This document shows, in pieces, positions 9,734 through 18,700 of a DNA stretch of 21,128 nt; within the stretch, counting starts at the first letter, position 1, and the number at the start of each line of letters is the position of its first letter. The stretch is from the IMG/VR virus record IMGVR_UViG_2534682222_000006, positions 1-21,128 of that record; one strand, 5' to 3'. This DNA comes from a virus. Its lineage: Duplodnaviria; Heunggongvirae; Uroviricota; Caudoviricetes. The position numbers and the translations under genes are program-made. Below the pieces are notes generated by a model. That model searched no databases. It saw only the letters and a list, made by a program, of their open reading frames with translations, and was not told the origin of the DNA.

Positions 9734-10156
9734 ATGTTTCTAAAGAGCGAGCTGCTTGAAAGTAACGGCAGCAGCGTCACATTGTTCCAGCTGTCGGCGC
9801 TGCAGCGTATTGAATACCTCGAATACCTGAAACAACTTGAGGCGGTTGAAGCTGGTGATTTTCAGGCTGCCATTACCCTTACCGTGAAGAGTGGAGCATA
9901 TCTGGTGGCAATGTCACTCTGGCATGGCCACGCGCTTAAAGGATCGCAGGGAGAAAACGCGGCGGCGGAAGTGGAGCAGATTCAGGATGAGGTCATGCAG
10001 ACATGGCCGACCGAACTTGTTGCCGAAGCCGAATATAAGGTGAAACTCCTGTCCGGGATGATTGCGCCGGTCACTGATGACCAGGCTGAGCCCGGTGAAG
10101 AACGTAATGAACCCGATGAACCTGTTACTGCGGAAAAGCCCTCGCCAGTGAGCTGA
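9734..10156 (+). CDS. G: tail assembly chaperone gpG
   Basis: 140 aa, same length as lambda G, with acidic C-terminus; followed by an overlapping -1-frame ORF (T) as in lambda. Confidence 0.9.
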   Translation: MFLKSELLESNGSSVTLFQLSALQRIEYLEYLKQLEAVEAGDFQAAITLTVKSGAYLVAMSLWHGHALKGSQGENAAAEVEQIQDEVMQTWPTELVAEAEYKVKLLSGMIAPVTDDQAEPGEERNEPDEPVTAEKPSPVS

Positions 10157-10164
10157 AGTTTGCC

Positions 10165-10485
10165 ATGAAACTGGCGCGTGAGTTCGGTCGCCCGGACTGG
10201 CGTGCCATGCTTGCTGGCATGTCCTCAACGGAATACGGCGACTGGAAAATCTTCTACCAGGACAATTACTTTCATGATGCGCAGCTGGACGCACATTTCT
10301 CCGGCTTGCTCTACACCATCTCAACCCTGTTTTTTGCCGATCCGGAGTTAACCCCGGACAGTTTCAGCATTCTTTCCTCTGCACCGGAAGCCATCGACAT
10401 CGATGATCCGGATGACGATACGCTGATGGCGAAGGCTGCAGGTATTTCAGGAGGCGTGCGCTATGGCCCAGACGGCAGTGGGTGA
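10165..10485 (+). CDS. T: tail assembly chaperone T segment, expected to be expressed only as a G-T fusion via -1 programmed frameshift near 10132-10138
   Basis: ORF in the -1 frame relative to G; the T frame is open from 10120 (stop TGA at 10117-10119) and overlaps the last 12 codons of G; candidate slip site G GAA AAG at 10132-10138 at the position where lambda has G GGA AAG. Coordinates are those of the ORF track; the real coding segment begins at the shift site. Confidence 0.8.
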   Translation: MKLAREFGRPDWRAMLAGMSSTEYGDWKIFYQDNYFHDAQLDAHFSGLLYTISTLFFADPELTPDSFSILSSAPEAIDIDDPDDDTLMAKAAGISGGVRYGPDGSG

Positions 10486-12979
10486 TCTGGTCGTTAACCT
10501 TGACGTTAACTCGACGAAATTTAACGAGCAGCTTAACTACGTCAAAAAAGAATTAAAGCAGACTGGCAGCGCGGCGAACGACGAAGCGCTACGGATCCAG
10601 CAGTCCTTTAGCCGCCAGGAGAACGCCGCGCGCAAGGCGGGTATTTCAATAGGCCAGTATAACGCAGCAATGCGTATGCTTCCGGCGCAGTTTACTGACG
10701 TGGCCACGCAGCTGGCGGGTGGGCAGAACCCCTGGCTGATTCTGCTTCAGCAGGGCGGTCAGGTTAAGGACTCCTTTGGCGGGATCATTCCGACATTCCG
10801 GGCGTTGCTGGGGACGATTTCCCCGTTGATGGTCGGCATTGGTGCATTGTCCGTTGCAACGGGCGCGTTGTTCTATGCCTGGTACCAGGGCTCTTCCACT
10901 CTGTCTGATTTCAACAAAACGCTGGTACTGTCGGGGAACACAGCCGGACTGACAGCTGACCGCATGCTGGCACTGGCGCGGAACGGACAGGCAGCGGGGC
11001 TAACGTTCAACCAGACCAGTGAAGCCCTGACCGAGCTTATCAATGCAGGTGTGCGTACTGGCTCGCGCTTTGATGAAATGAGCCAGGCGGTGGCGCGGTT
11101 TACTGATGCCTCCGGCGTGCCGGTGGAGAAAGTCGCTGCAGCCTACGGCAAGCTCGCAACTGACCCGACATCGGGCCTGATCGCGATGGCCCAGCAGTTC
11201 CATAACGTTACCGCAGAACAGATTGCCCATGTGGCGCAGCTGCAGCGTGCCGGTGATGAGGCTGGCGCACTGCAGGCGGCTAACGAGGCGGCTACAGCCG
11301 GATTCAACGATCAGACCAAAGCCATCCGCGACAATATGGGGACGATAGAGTCTTCAGCGGACTCCCTGAAGCGCGCCTTCAAGTCGATGTGGGATGCAGC
11401 CCTCGATATTGGCCGACCTGACACCGCGCAGGAGATGGTGGCAAAAGCCGAAGCCGCGTTCAAAAAAGCTGATGAAATCTGGAACCTGCGTAAAGGTGAC
11501 CGATATGTCAATGATGAGGCTCGCGCCCGATTCTGGAATGACCGCGAAACGGCCAGGCTTGCGCTGGATATGGCGCAGCAGCAGGCGGGAATTGCCAGGG
11601 CGAACGAAGAGAATGCATCGCGCGAAGCGGCTGCGGAATCGGATCGCCAGAAGTATGCTGCGCAGGCACAGGCAAACTATGCCAAAACGCAGACGGCACT
11701 GGAGAAATACACGGCCAGGCAGAGCGAGCTCAACAAGGCGCTGAAAGAGGGGCGGATCCTCCAGGCTGACTACAACATCAACCTGGCTGCCGCGAAAAAA
11801 GAGTACGAAGACACCCTTAAAAAGCCGAAGAAGACCCCGGCAATCAGAACCCCCGCAGGTGCCCGTGCCACCGATACGGCCAGTGCCCAGACGCTGGAGC
11901 TACAGACACAGCTGCGCACCCTGCAGGAGCATAAGAGCATCAATGACACCATCAGCCAGCAGCGTCAGGAGCTGTGGCGTCAGCAGTCCCGCTTTACGGT
12001 TCTGGAAGAGGCCGCGAAGACCCGAACGCTTTCTGCTGAGGAAAAATCCCTGCTGGCCAGTAAAAGTGAGGTGCTTTCCCGTGCGGAGCTGAATGCGAAG
12101 CTCGGCGATCAGATAGTGGCGCAGGAGCGGCTTAATCGCCTGCAGGATACGTCCCAAAAATACGTCACGCAGATCGGCGAGAAAACCCGAGCCCTTGCGG
12201 AAAGTGCTGGTATGAGCAGTCGTGCAGCACAACGTCGCAATGAAGAGGCCCAGCTTCTTCAGGGCTGGAAAAATGGTGGTGGTTCGGAGAACGATGCTGG
12301 TTATCAGAATGAGCTGCAGGCGCTGCAGGCGTATTACGCCGAGCAGGATAAGCTGCGGGACGACTGGCAGTCCGGAGCCAAATCCGCATGGGCAGATTAT
12401 GTTGATTCTGCTTCAGATGCTTATGGCCAGATGAAGTCGGCTGCCACCAGTGCGTTTGATGGCATCGGGCAAAATATGGCTGACATGCTGACGCGCGGAA
12501 AGGCTGACTGGGCTGACTTCACCCGCTCCACGCTCTCCATGCTGACACAGATCCTGCTGAAACAGGCGATGGTAGGCTTAGTGGATTCAGCATCAACCGC
12601 GCTGGGATTTGCAGGTGGCGGTTATACCGGTTCAGGCGGGAAATATGAACCCGCAGGTGTCGTTCACCGTGGCGAATTTGTTTTCACCAAAGAGGCTACC
12701 AGCCGGATCGGCGTCGGCAATCTTTACCGGATGATGAAAGGCTATGCCACGGGAGGGTATGTCGGGGGCGGTGGTACAGGTCCCGCTGCAGCACCTTTCG
12801 GGGTGAGCGTGTACGCGCCGGTGACGGTCGAGAATGCTTCCGGTAACGCACAGCAGCAAAACGACGGAGACAGGCTGGGTAAGGCGTATCAGCAGGTGAT
12901 TAACAAATCTGTCAACGAGGGTATCGCCAGGGCAATCCAGCCCGGTGGGCTTATCTGGAATGCGACCAATCGCAGGTAA
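10463..12979 (+). CDS. H: tail tape measure protein gpH
   Basis: 838 aa (lambda H 853 aa); long Ala/Gln/Glu-rich helical central region, hydrophobic segment, Gly-rich C-terminal region; AGGAGG RBS; overlaps T 3' end. Confidence 0.93.
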   Translation: MAQTAVGDLVVNLDVNSTKFNEQLNYVKKELKQTGSAANDEALRIQQSFSRQENAARKAGISIGQYNAAMRMLPAQFTDVATQLAGGQNPWLILLQQGGQVKDSFGGIIPTFRALLGTISPLMVGIGALSVATGALFYAWYQGSSTLSDFNKTLVLSGNTAGLTADRMLALARNGQAAGLTFNQTSEALTELINAGVRTGSRFDEMSQAVARFTDASGVPVEKVAAAYGKLATDPTSGLIAMAQQFHNVTAEQIAHVAQLQRAGDEAGALQAANEAATAGFNDQTKAIRDNMGTIESSADSLKRAFKSMWDAALDIGRPDTAQEMVAKAEAAFKKADEIWNLRKGDRYVNDEARARFWNDRETARLALDMAQQQAGIARANEENASREAAAESDRQKYAAQAQANYAKTQTALEKYTARQSELNKALKEGRILQADYNINLAAAKKEYEDTLKKPKKTPAIRTPAGARATDTASAQTLELQTQLRTLQEHKSINDTISQQRQELWRQQSRFTVLEEAAKTRTLSAEEKSLLASKSEVLSRAELNAKLGDQIVAQERLNRLQDTSQKYVTQIGEKTRALAESAGMSSRAAQRRNEEAQLLQGWKNGGGSENDAGYQNELQALQAYYAEQDKLRDDWQSGAKSAWADYVDSASDAYGQMKSAATSAFDGIGQNMADMLTRGKADWADFTRSTLSMLTQILLKQAMVGLVDSASTALGFAGGGYTGSGGKYEPAGVVHRGEFVFTKEATSRIGVGNLYRMMKGYATGGYVGGGGTGPAAAPFGVSVYAPVTVENASGNAQQQNDGDRLGKAYQQVINKSVNEGIARAIQPGGLIWNATNRR

Positions 12980-12984
12980 CAGTT

Positions 12985-13332
12985 ATGACGATAGAAACAT
13001 TCCCCTGGGGCATTAAGGTTTCCAGCCAGCCCACCGAGGGAAGCAAAGACACAGTCAGGAAGGTTCAGTTCGGCGACGGGTACGCACAGGTGAGCGGCTC
13101 CGGCCTGAATGATGAGATTCGTACCTATGAATATTCCTTTTCAGGGGATCCGACTACAGCGAATGAAATTCACGCTTTCCTTCGGCGGCATAAAGTGAAG
13201 TCGTTTATTTTCACACCGCCTTTCGGCGATACCGCGCTGTGGCGTGTCGAGGCTGACACGCTCAAAAAGGTGGTTAAAAACGTAAAAGTGATAACCGTAA
13301 CCGCAACGTTTGAACAGGCATTTGCACCATGA
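12985..13332 (+). CDS. M: tail tip protein gpM
   Basis: 115 aa in the lambda M position (lambda M 109 aa) immediately after the tape measure gene; ATGA overlap with L. Confidence 0.88.
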   Translation: MTIETFPWGIKVSSQPTEGSKDTVRKVQFGDGYAQVSGSGLNDEIRTYEYSFSGDPTTANEIHAFLRRHKVKSFIFTPPFGDTALWRVEADTLKKVVKNVKVITVTATFEQAFAP

Positions 13333-14084
13333 GTCTTAATGCTGATTATCAAAAACTCGAGCCGGGCAATGAAGTCCGGCTTTTTTCTGTCGATGGCACA
13401 GCGTTCGGTATGTCAGATGTACTCCGCTTCCACGCACATAATATCGCGCATACCCCGGAAGAGATTGAGGCTGCAGGCGGGGATGAGAATAAACTTCCGG
13501 CGAAGTCCATCTGGTGGCAGGGGGAGGAGTATAAAGCCTGGCCGTGTCAGATTGAGGGGATCGAGGCTTCAACCTCGGGAAGTAGTGCCCAGCCAAAACT
13601 TTCGGTTGCTAACCTCGACAGTTCGATCACCGCGCTTTGCCTGGCTTACGACGATATGCTGCAGGCGAAGGTGACGATACATGACACCATTGGTAAGTAT
13701 CTCGATGCGAGAAACTTCACCGGAGGCAATCCGACAGCCGATCCGACCCAGGAGAAGCTGAAGGTTTTCTACATCGATGCAAAGAGCAGTGAAACCAATG
13801 AAGTTGTTGAGTTCACACTATCCAGCCCTATGGATCTGCAGGGGCTGATGATACCTACCCGCCAGCTTCATTCTCTGTGCACATGGTGCATCCGGAACAA
13901 GTACCGAACCGGCGACGGCTGCGACTATGCTGGTACGCGCTATTTCGACAAAAACAACAACCCGGTAAGCGATCCGTCGCTGGATGAATGCAACGGTACG
14001 TTGGCAGCATGTGAGCTACGTTTTGGCAAAGGTAATGAGTTATCGCATGGCGGATTCGTTGGAACGTCGTTGATCAGGAGCTGA
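13329..14084 (+). CDS. L: tail tip protein gpL (Cys-rich C-terminal region)
   Basis: 251 aa (lambda L 232 aa); C-terminal Cys cluster (CTWC..., DGCDYAG, DECNGTLAACELRFGKGNELSHGGF) reminiscent of the lambda L C-terminus. Confidence 0.88.
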   Translation: MSLNADYQKLEPGNEVRLFSVDGTAFGMSDVLRFHAHNIAHTPEEIEAAGGDENKLPAKSIWWQGEEYKAWPCQIEGIEASTSGSSAQPKLSVANLDSSITALCLAYDDMLQAKVTIHDTIGKYLDARNFTGGNPTADPTQEKLKVFYIDAKSSETNEVVEFTLSSPMDLQGLMIPTRQLHSLCTWCIRNKYRTGDGCDYAGTRYFDKNNNPVSDPSLDECNGTLAACELRFGKGNELSHGGFVGTSLIRS

Positions 14085-14085
14085 T

Positions 14086-14796
14086 ATGCGTCAGAAAACC
14101 ATCGATGCGATTATGGCGCATGCTGCAGCTGAATATCCTCGTGAGTGTTGCGGCGTGGTGGCGCAAAAGAGCCGGGTAGAGAAATATTTTCCATGTAGTA
14201 ACCTCGCTACCGAGCCGACAGAACATTTTCACCTGTCGCCAGAAGACTATGCCGCTGCTGAGGACTGGGGTACGGTGATCGCCATCGTTCACAGTCACCC
14301 TGACGCCACTACGCAGCCGAGCGAACTGGATAAAGCGCAATGCGACGCAACGCTTTTACCCTGGCATATTGTGAGCTGGCCGGAGGGGGATTTACGCACC
14401 ATCCAGCCGCGCGGAGAACTGCCACTGCTGGAGCGTCCGTTTGTGCTTGGACACTTCGACTGCTGGGGGCTGGTAATGAGCTATTTCCGGCAAACGCATG
14501 GTATCGAGCTCCACGATTACCGGGTGGATTATCCCTGGTGGGAAAACGCCTATCCGGACAATTTTTATCAGGATTGCTGGTATGAATGCGGATTCCGTGA
14601 ATTCGACGGACCACCGAAACCCGGTGATATGGTGATCATGCAGGTCCAGGCCGATAAGTGGAATCACGCGGGAATTCTGCTGGAGGGAAATATGCTGCTG
14701 CACCACCTGTACGGACATCTGAGCCAGCGCGTGCCGTATGGGGGCTACTGGCAGGAAAGGACGATGAAGATTCTTAGACATCAGAATTTTATTTAA
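14086..14796 (+). CDS. K: tail tip assembly protein gpK (N-terminal MPN/JAMM-like plus C-terminal NlpC/P60-like domains)
   Basis: 236 aa; JAMM-like E....HSHPD...PS..D motif in the N-terminal half; Cys/His-containing C-terminal half (FDCWGLV...H.GILL...LHH); position after L as in lambda. Confidence 0.88.
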   Translation: MRQKTIDAIMAHAAAEYPRECCGVVAQKSRVEKYFPCSNLATEPTEHFHLSPEDYAAAEDWGTVIAIVHSHPDATTQPSELDKAQCDATLLPWHIVSWPEGDLRTIQPRGELPLLERPFVLGHFDCWGLVMSYFRQTHGIELHDYRVDYPWWENAYPDNFYQDCWYECGFREFDGPPKPGDMVIMQVQADKWNHAGILLEGNMLLHHLYGHLSQRVPYGGYWQERTMKILRHQNFI

Positions 14797-14843
14797 CAAA
14801 CTGTCACTGATACTATCGTGTAGTACACAGCAAGGATAACGAT

Positions 14844-15068
14844 ATGTATACAGTTGGGTTTGGTTGGATCTTCGTCGGTATTTTTATTGGGTTAATTCTC
14901 TGGTTTTTCATCAACCGCGCCAGCGTCAGAGCGAACAGGCCGGTTGAATTACTTGAGTCTATCGACCAGAAATTATCAAAAATAGTAGATCCAAACTTCG
15001 AGGCAAATAACAAAGACCAGTCGAAAGAAAACTACCTTGAAGAAGCAAGGAAAAAAGCTTGGCTTTGA
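14844..15068 (+). CDS. moron-encoded small single-pass membrane protein, candidate superinfection-exclusion protein (YebO / HK97 gp15-like)
   Basis: 74-aa ORF in an AT-rich insert between K and I, which abut in lambda; AAGGA RBS at 14833-14837; N-terminal hydrophobic helix (VGFGWIFVGIFIGLILWFFI) followed by NRAS and a charged tail; own terminator immediately downstream. The LILWFFINRAS motif is what I recall for E. coli YebO and HK97 gp15 (from memory, unverified). Confidence 0.6.
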   Translation: MYTVGFGWIFVGIFIGLILWFFINRASVRANRPVELLESIDQKLSKIVDPNFEANNKDQSKENYLEEARKKAWL

Positions 15069-15083
15069 GAGCGTAAATTAACA

Positions 15084-15106
15084 AACCACCTACGGGTGGT
15101 TTTTTT
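15084..15106 (+). terminator. intrinsic terminator downstream of the moron ORF
   Basis: Stem AACCACC (15084-15090) / GGTGGTT (15095-15101), loop TACG, T tract 15100-15106. Confidence 0.65.
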
Positions 15107-15117
15107 ATGGGGGCAGC

Positions 15118-15726
15118 ATGCAAGAGGTAATGACAAGAATTGAGCTAAGTGGCGTGCTAGCTAAGACATATGGAAGGGTTCATCACCGTCTGGTTCGCAC
15201 TACTGCTGAAGCCATTAATGCACTCGCGAAAACCATCAATGGATTCGAGAAATTCTTAAACACAAGCAAGGCCAGAGGGCTGACGTATGCCGTTTATAGA
15301 GATAAAAAGAATATTGGCGTTGATGATCTCGGCTTTCCCGTCACCGGCGAAGTGATCCGGATTGTCCCTGTAGTAATAGGGAGTAAAAAGGCTGGTCTTT
15401 TGCAGACGATCTTGGGGGCCGTGCTTATTACTGCTGCTGTGTTGACTGGACCCGGCGGTATTGGCGCTGCTTTCGCTGCTGGTGGATTGACGGGGTTTGC
15501 TGCTGCCACTGGTGCCTCGTTGGTCCTCGGTGGGGTTATTCAGCTGCTTTCACCGCAGCCATCAGGCATAGCCAGTAAACAAAGCGCAGATAACCGTGCA
15601 TCGTATGCGTTTGGCGGGGTAACCAACACTGCAGCGCAAGGCTACCCGGTGCCTCTGCTTTATGGTAAGCGTCGAATCGGCGGAGCGATTATTTCTGCCG
15701 GAATTTATGTCGAAGATCAGCAGTAG
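15118..15726 (+). CDS. I: tail tip assembly protein gpI
   Basis: 202 aa (lambda I 223 aa); Gly/Ala-rich hydrophobic middle (GAVLITAAVLTGPGGIGAAFAAGGLTGFAAATGASLVLGG) and conserved C-terminal PVPLLYG.RR.GG motif as in lambda I; 5' half visibly AT-richer than the backbone. Confidence 0.85.
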   Translation: MQEVMTRIELSGVLAKTYGRVHHRLVRTTAEAINALAKTINGFEKFLNTSKARGLTYAVYRDKKNIGVDDLGFPVTGEVIRIVPVVIGSKKAGLLQTILGAVLITAAVLTGPGGIGAAFAAGGLTGFAAATGASLVLGGVIQLLSPQPSGIASKQSADNRASYAFGGVTNTAAQGYPVPLLYGKRRIGGAIISAGIYVEDQQ

Positions 15727-15745
15727 ATAACTAACCTTTTTTCTG

Positions 15746-15767
15746 GCCACCTTCGGGTGGCTTTTTT
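15746..15767 (+). terminator. hairpin plus T tract between I and J (terminator-like; near-duplicate of the element at 15084-15106)
   Basis: Stem GCCACC (15746-15751) / GGTGGC (15756-15761), loop TTCG, T tract 15762-15767; followed by TATGGGCGCA just before the J start. Confidence 0.55.
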
Positions 15768-15778
15768 ATGGGCGCAAT

Positions 15779-18700
15779 ATGGCTACAGATAAAGTGTTAA
15801 AAGGCCGCAAGGGCGGCAGCTCAAGTTCCCGAACCCCTACCGAACAGCCTGATGATCTGCAATCTGTAGCGAAGGCAAAGATCCTCGTTGCGCTTGGGGA
15901 AGGGGAGTTTGCTGGACAGCTCACCGGGAAGGATATCTACCTGGACGGAACAGCGCTGGAGAATGCTGACGGCTCCCAAAACTTCAGCGGGGTAACGTGG
16001 GAGTTTCGCGCGGGAACGCAGGCGCAAAAATATATTCAGGGTATTCCCGGTACCGAAAACGAGATCAGCGTAGGAACTGAGGTATCAAGTGCCACAGCCT
16101 GGACGCGCACGTTTACCAATACGCAGCTTTCAGCAGTTCGCCTGCGTCTTAAATGGCCCTCGCTTTTCAAACAGGAAGACGACGGCGATCTGGTGGGTTA
16201 CTCGGTCAATTATGCGATTGACCTGCAGACGGACGGCGGCACATGGCAGACGGTACTCAATACCAGCGTGACCGGCAAAACGACGTCTGGTTATGAGCGC
16301 AGCCACCGTATCGATTTACCGCAGGCTGGCAGCACATGGACAATACGTCTGCGTAAGATTACCTCTGACGCCAACAGCGCGAAGATCGGCGACACGATGA
16401 TGCTGCAGAGCTTCACCGAGGTGATTGATGCCAAACTGCGCTACCCGAACACCGCGCTGCTCTACGTCGAATTCGACTCAAGCCAGTTCAACGGCTCTAT
16501 TCCTCAAATTTCATGCGAACCGCGCGGCCGCGTTATCCGCGTTCCAGATACCTACGACCCTGAAACCCGCACTTATAGCGGTACATGGACCGGTGCGTTT
16601 AAGTGGGCATGGACGGATAACCCTGCGTGGATTTTTTACGACCTGGTTGTTTCTGACCGGTTTGGCCTCGGGCACCGTTTGACCGCTGCGAATATTGATA
16701 AATGGACTCTTTATCAGGTTGCTCAGTATTGTGATCAGATGGTACCAGACGGCAAAGGGGGCAACGGTACAGAACCACGCTATACCTGCAACGTGTACAT
16801 TCAGGACCGGAACGACGCCTACACAGTCCTGCGTGATTTTGCCGCTATCTTCCGTGGCATGACCTACTGGGGCGGGGATCAGATTGTGGCCCTGGCTGAC
16901 ATGCCGCGCGATGTTGATTACAGCTATACGCGCGCTAACGTTGTTGGCGGTCGCTTCACCTATTCGAGCAGCACCACGAAAAGCCGCTACACCACAGCGC
17001 TGGTTTCATGGTCAGATCCGGGTAACGCTTATGCCGACGCGATGGAGCCGGTATTTGAGCAGGCGCTGGTGGCGCGATACGGCTTCAATCAGCTGGAAAT
17101 GACAGCTATCGGCTGCACCAGGCAGTCAGAGGCGAACCGAAAGGGGCGCTGGGGTATTCTCACCAACAACAAGGATCGCGTTGTTTCGTTTGATGTCGGG
17201 CTGGACGGAAACATTCCGCAGCCGGGCTACATCATCGCCGTGGCAGACGAGCTGCTTTCCGGAAAGGTTATGGGCGGCCGCATCAGCGCCGTTAACGGTC
17301 GCGTTATCAAACTTGACCGCGTAGCTGATGCAGCACCAGGTGATCGCCTTATTCTCAACATGCCTTCCGGAGCGTCGCAGAGCAGGACCATTCAGGCCGT
17401 GAACGGGGAATCAGTCACAGTCACCACGGCATACAGTGAGACGCCACAGGCCGAAGCTGTTTGGGTGGTTGAATCTGACGAGCTTTACGCGCAGCAGTAT
17501 CGTGTTGTCAGCGTCTCCGACAACGGTGATGGCACTTTCTCAATCACCGGCGCATGGCACGACCCGGATAAATATGCCCGCATCGATACCGGAGCCATCA
17601 TTGACCAGCGGCCGGTGAGCGTGATCCCGCCTGGTAACCAGTCGCCGCCTGCGAACATCGTGATCAGCTCGTTTTCCGTGGTGCAGCAAAATATCAGCGT
17701 CGAAACGATGCGCGTGAGCTGGGACCAGGCGCAGAACGCTATCGCCTATGAAGCGCAATGGCGCCGCAACGACGGGAACTGGGTTAACGTGCCGCGCACC
17801 TCCACCACGTCATTCGACGTCCCGGGGATTTATGCCGGGCGCTACCTGGTGCGGGTGCGCGCAATCAATGCCGCAGAAATTTCATCCGGATGGGGCTATT
17901 CAGAAGAGAAAACGCTGACGGGTAAAGTGGGCAATCCACCGAAGCCGGTTGGCTTCATCGCTTCTGAAAATGTGGTTTTCGGCATCGAGCTGAACTGGGG
18001 ATTCCCGGCGAATACCGACGACACGCTGAAGACGGAAATTCAGTATAGCCTGACCGGTACCGAGGACGATGCAATGCTGCTGGCCGATGTGCCTTACCCG
18101 CAGCGCAAATATCAGCAGATGGGCCTTAAGGCCGGGCAGATTTTCTGGTACCGCGCGCAGCTGGTGGACCGCAGCGGCAACGAATCAGGGTACACAGAAT
18201 GGGTGCGAGGACAGGCCAGCATCGATGTTTCCGACATCACAGACGTGATCCTGGAGGAAATTAAAGACTCCGATACCTTCAAGGACCTGATCGAGAACGC
18301 GGTGGACAGCAACGAAAAAATTGCTGGCATGGCTGACGAAATTAAAAACCATGCCGACGAACTCGAGCAGCAGGCGAAAGACATCCTGGAGAACGCTGAC
18401 GGGCTGGCTCAGGCCGAAGTGAAGATCGACGAGATTTCTGTGTCGATGGACGGCATGACGGGAGGAGTGAAGAACTCGGCAATCGCGATTATTCAGAATG
18501 GGCTGGCGCAGGTGGTAAGCCGTCGCTCGCAGACCGCCACGAACGCCGGGAACAGTGCCAGTATAGACAGAGTGGATACTACGATTGCCGATACCAGCCA
18601 GGCGGTCGCACGCGCGCTGGTCACACTGGATGCAGAAGCTGGTGGCAATATCTCTAACTCAACGGACCTGACAGAAACTCTTGCTGATTTCACCCAGGCT

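Noticed and set aside
9235-9780. 181-aa ORF on the minus strand
   Set aside because: Antisense to the major tail protein gene V; no independent support.
14392-14799. 135-aa ORF on the minus strand
   Set aside because: Antisense to K; spurious.
15107-15130. Tiny upstream ORFs (7 and 10 codons) starting at the out-of-frame ATG in TTTTTTATGGG before I (15107) and J (15768)
   Set aside because: Too short and lacking an RBS to call as genes; noted only as part of the duplicated junction element.
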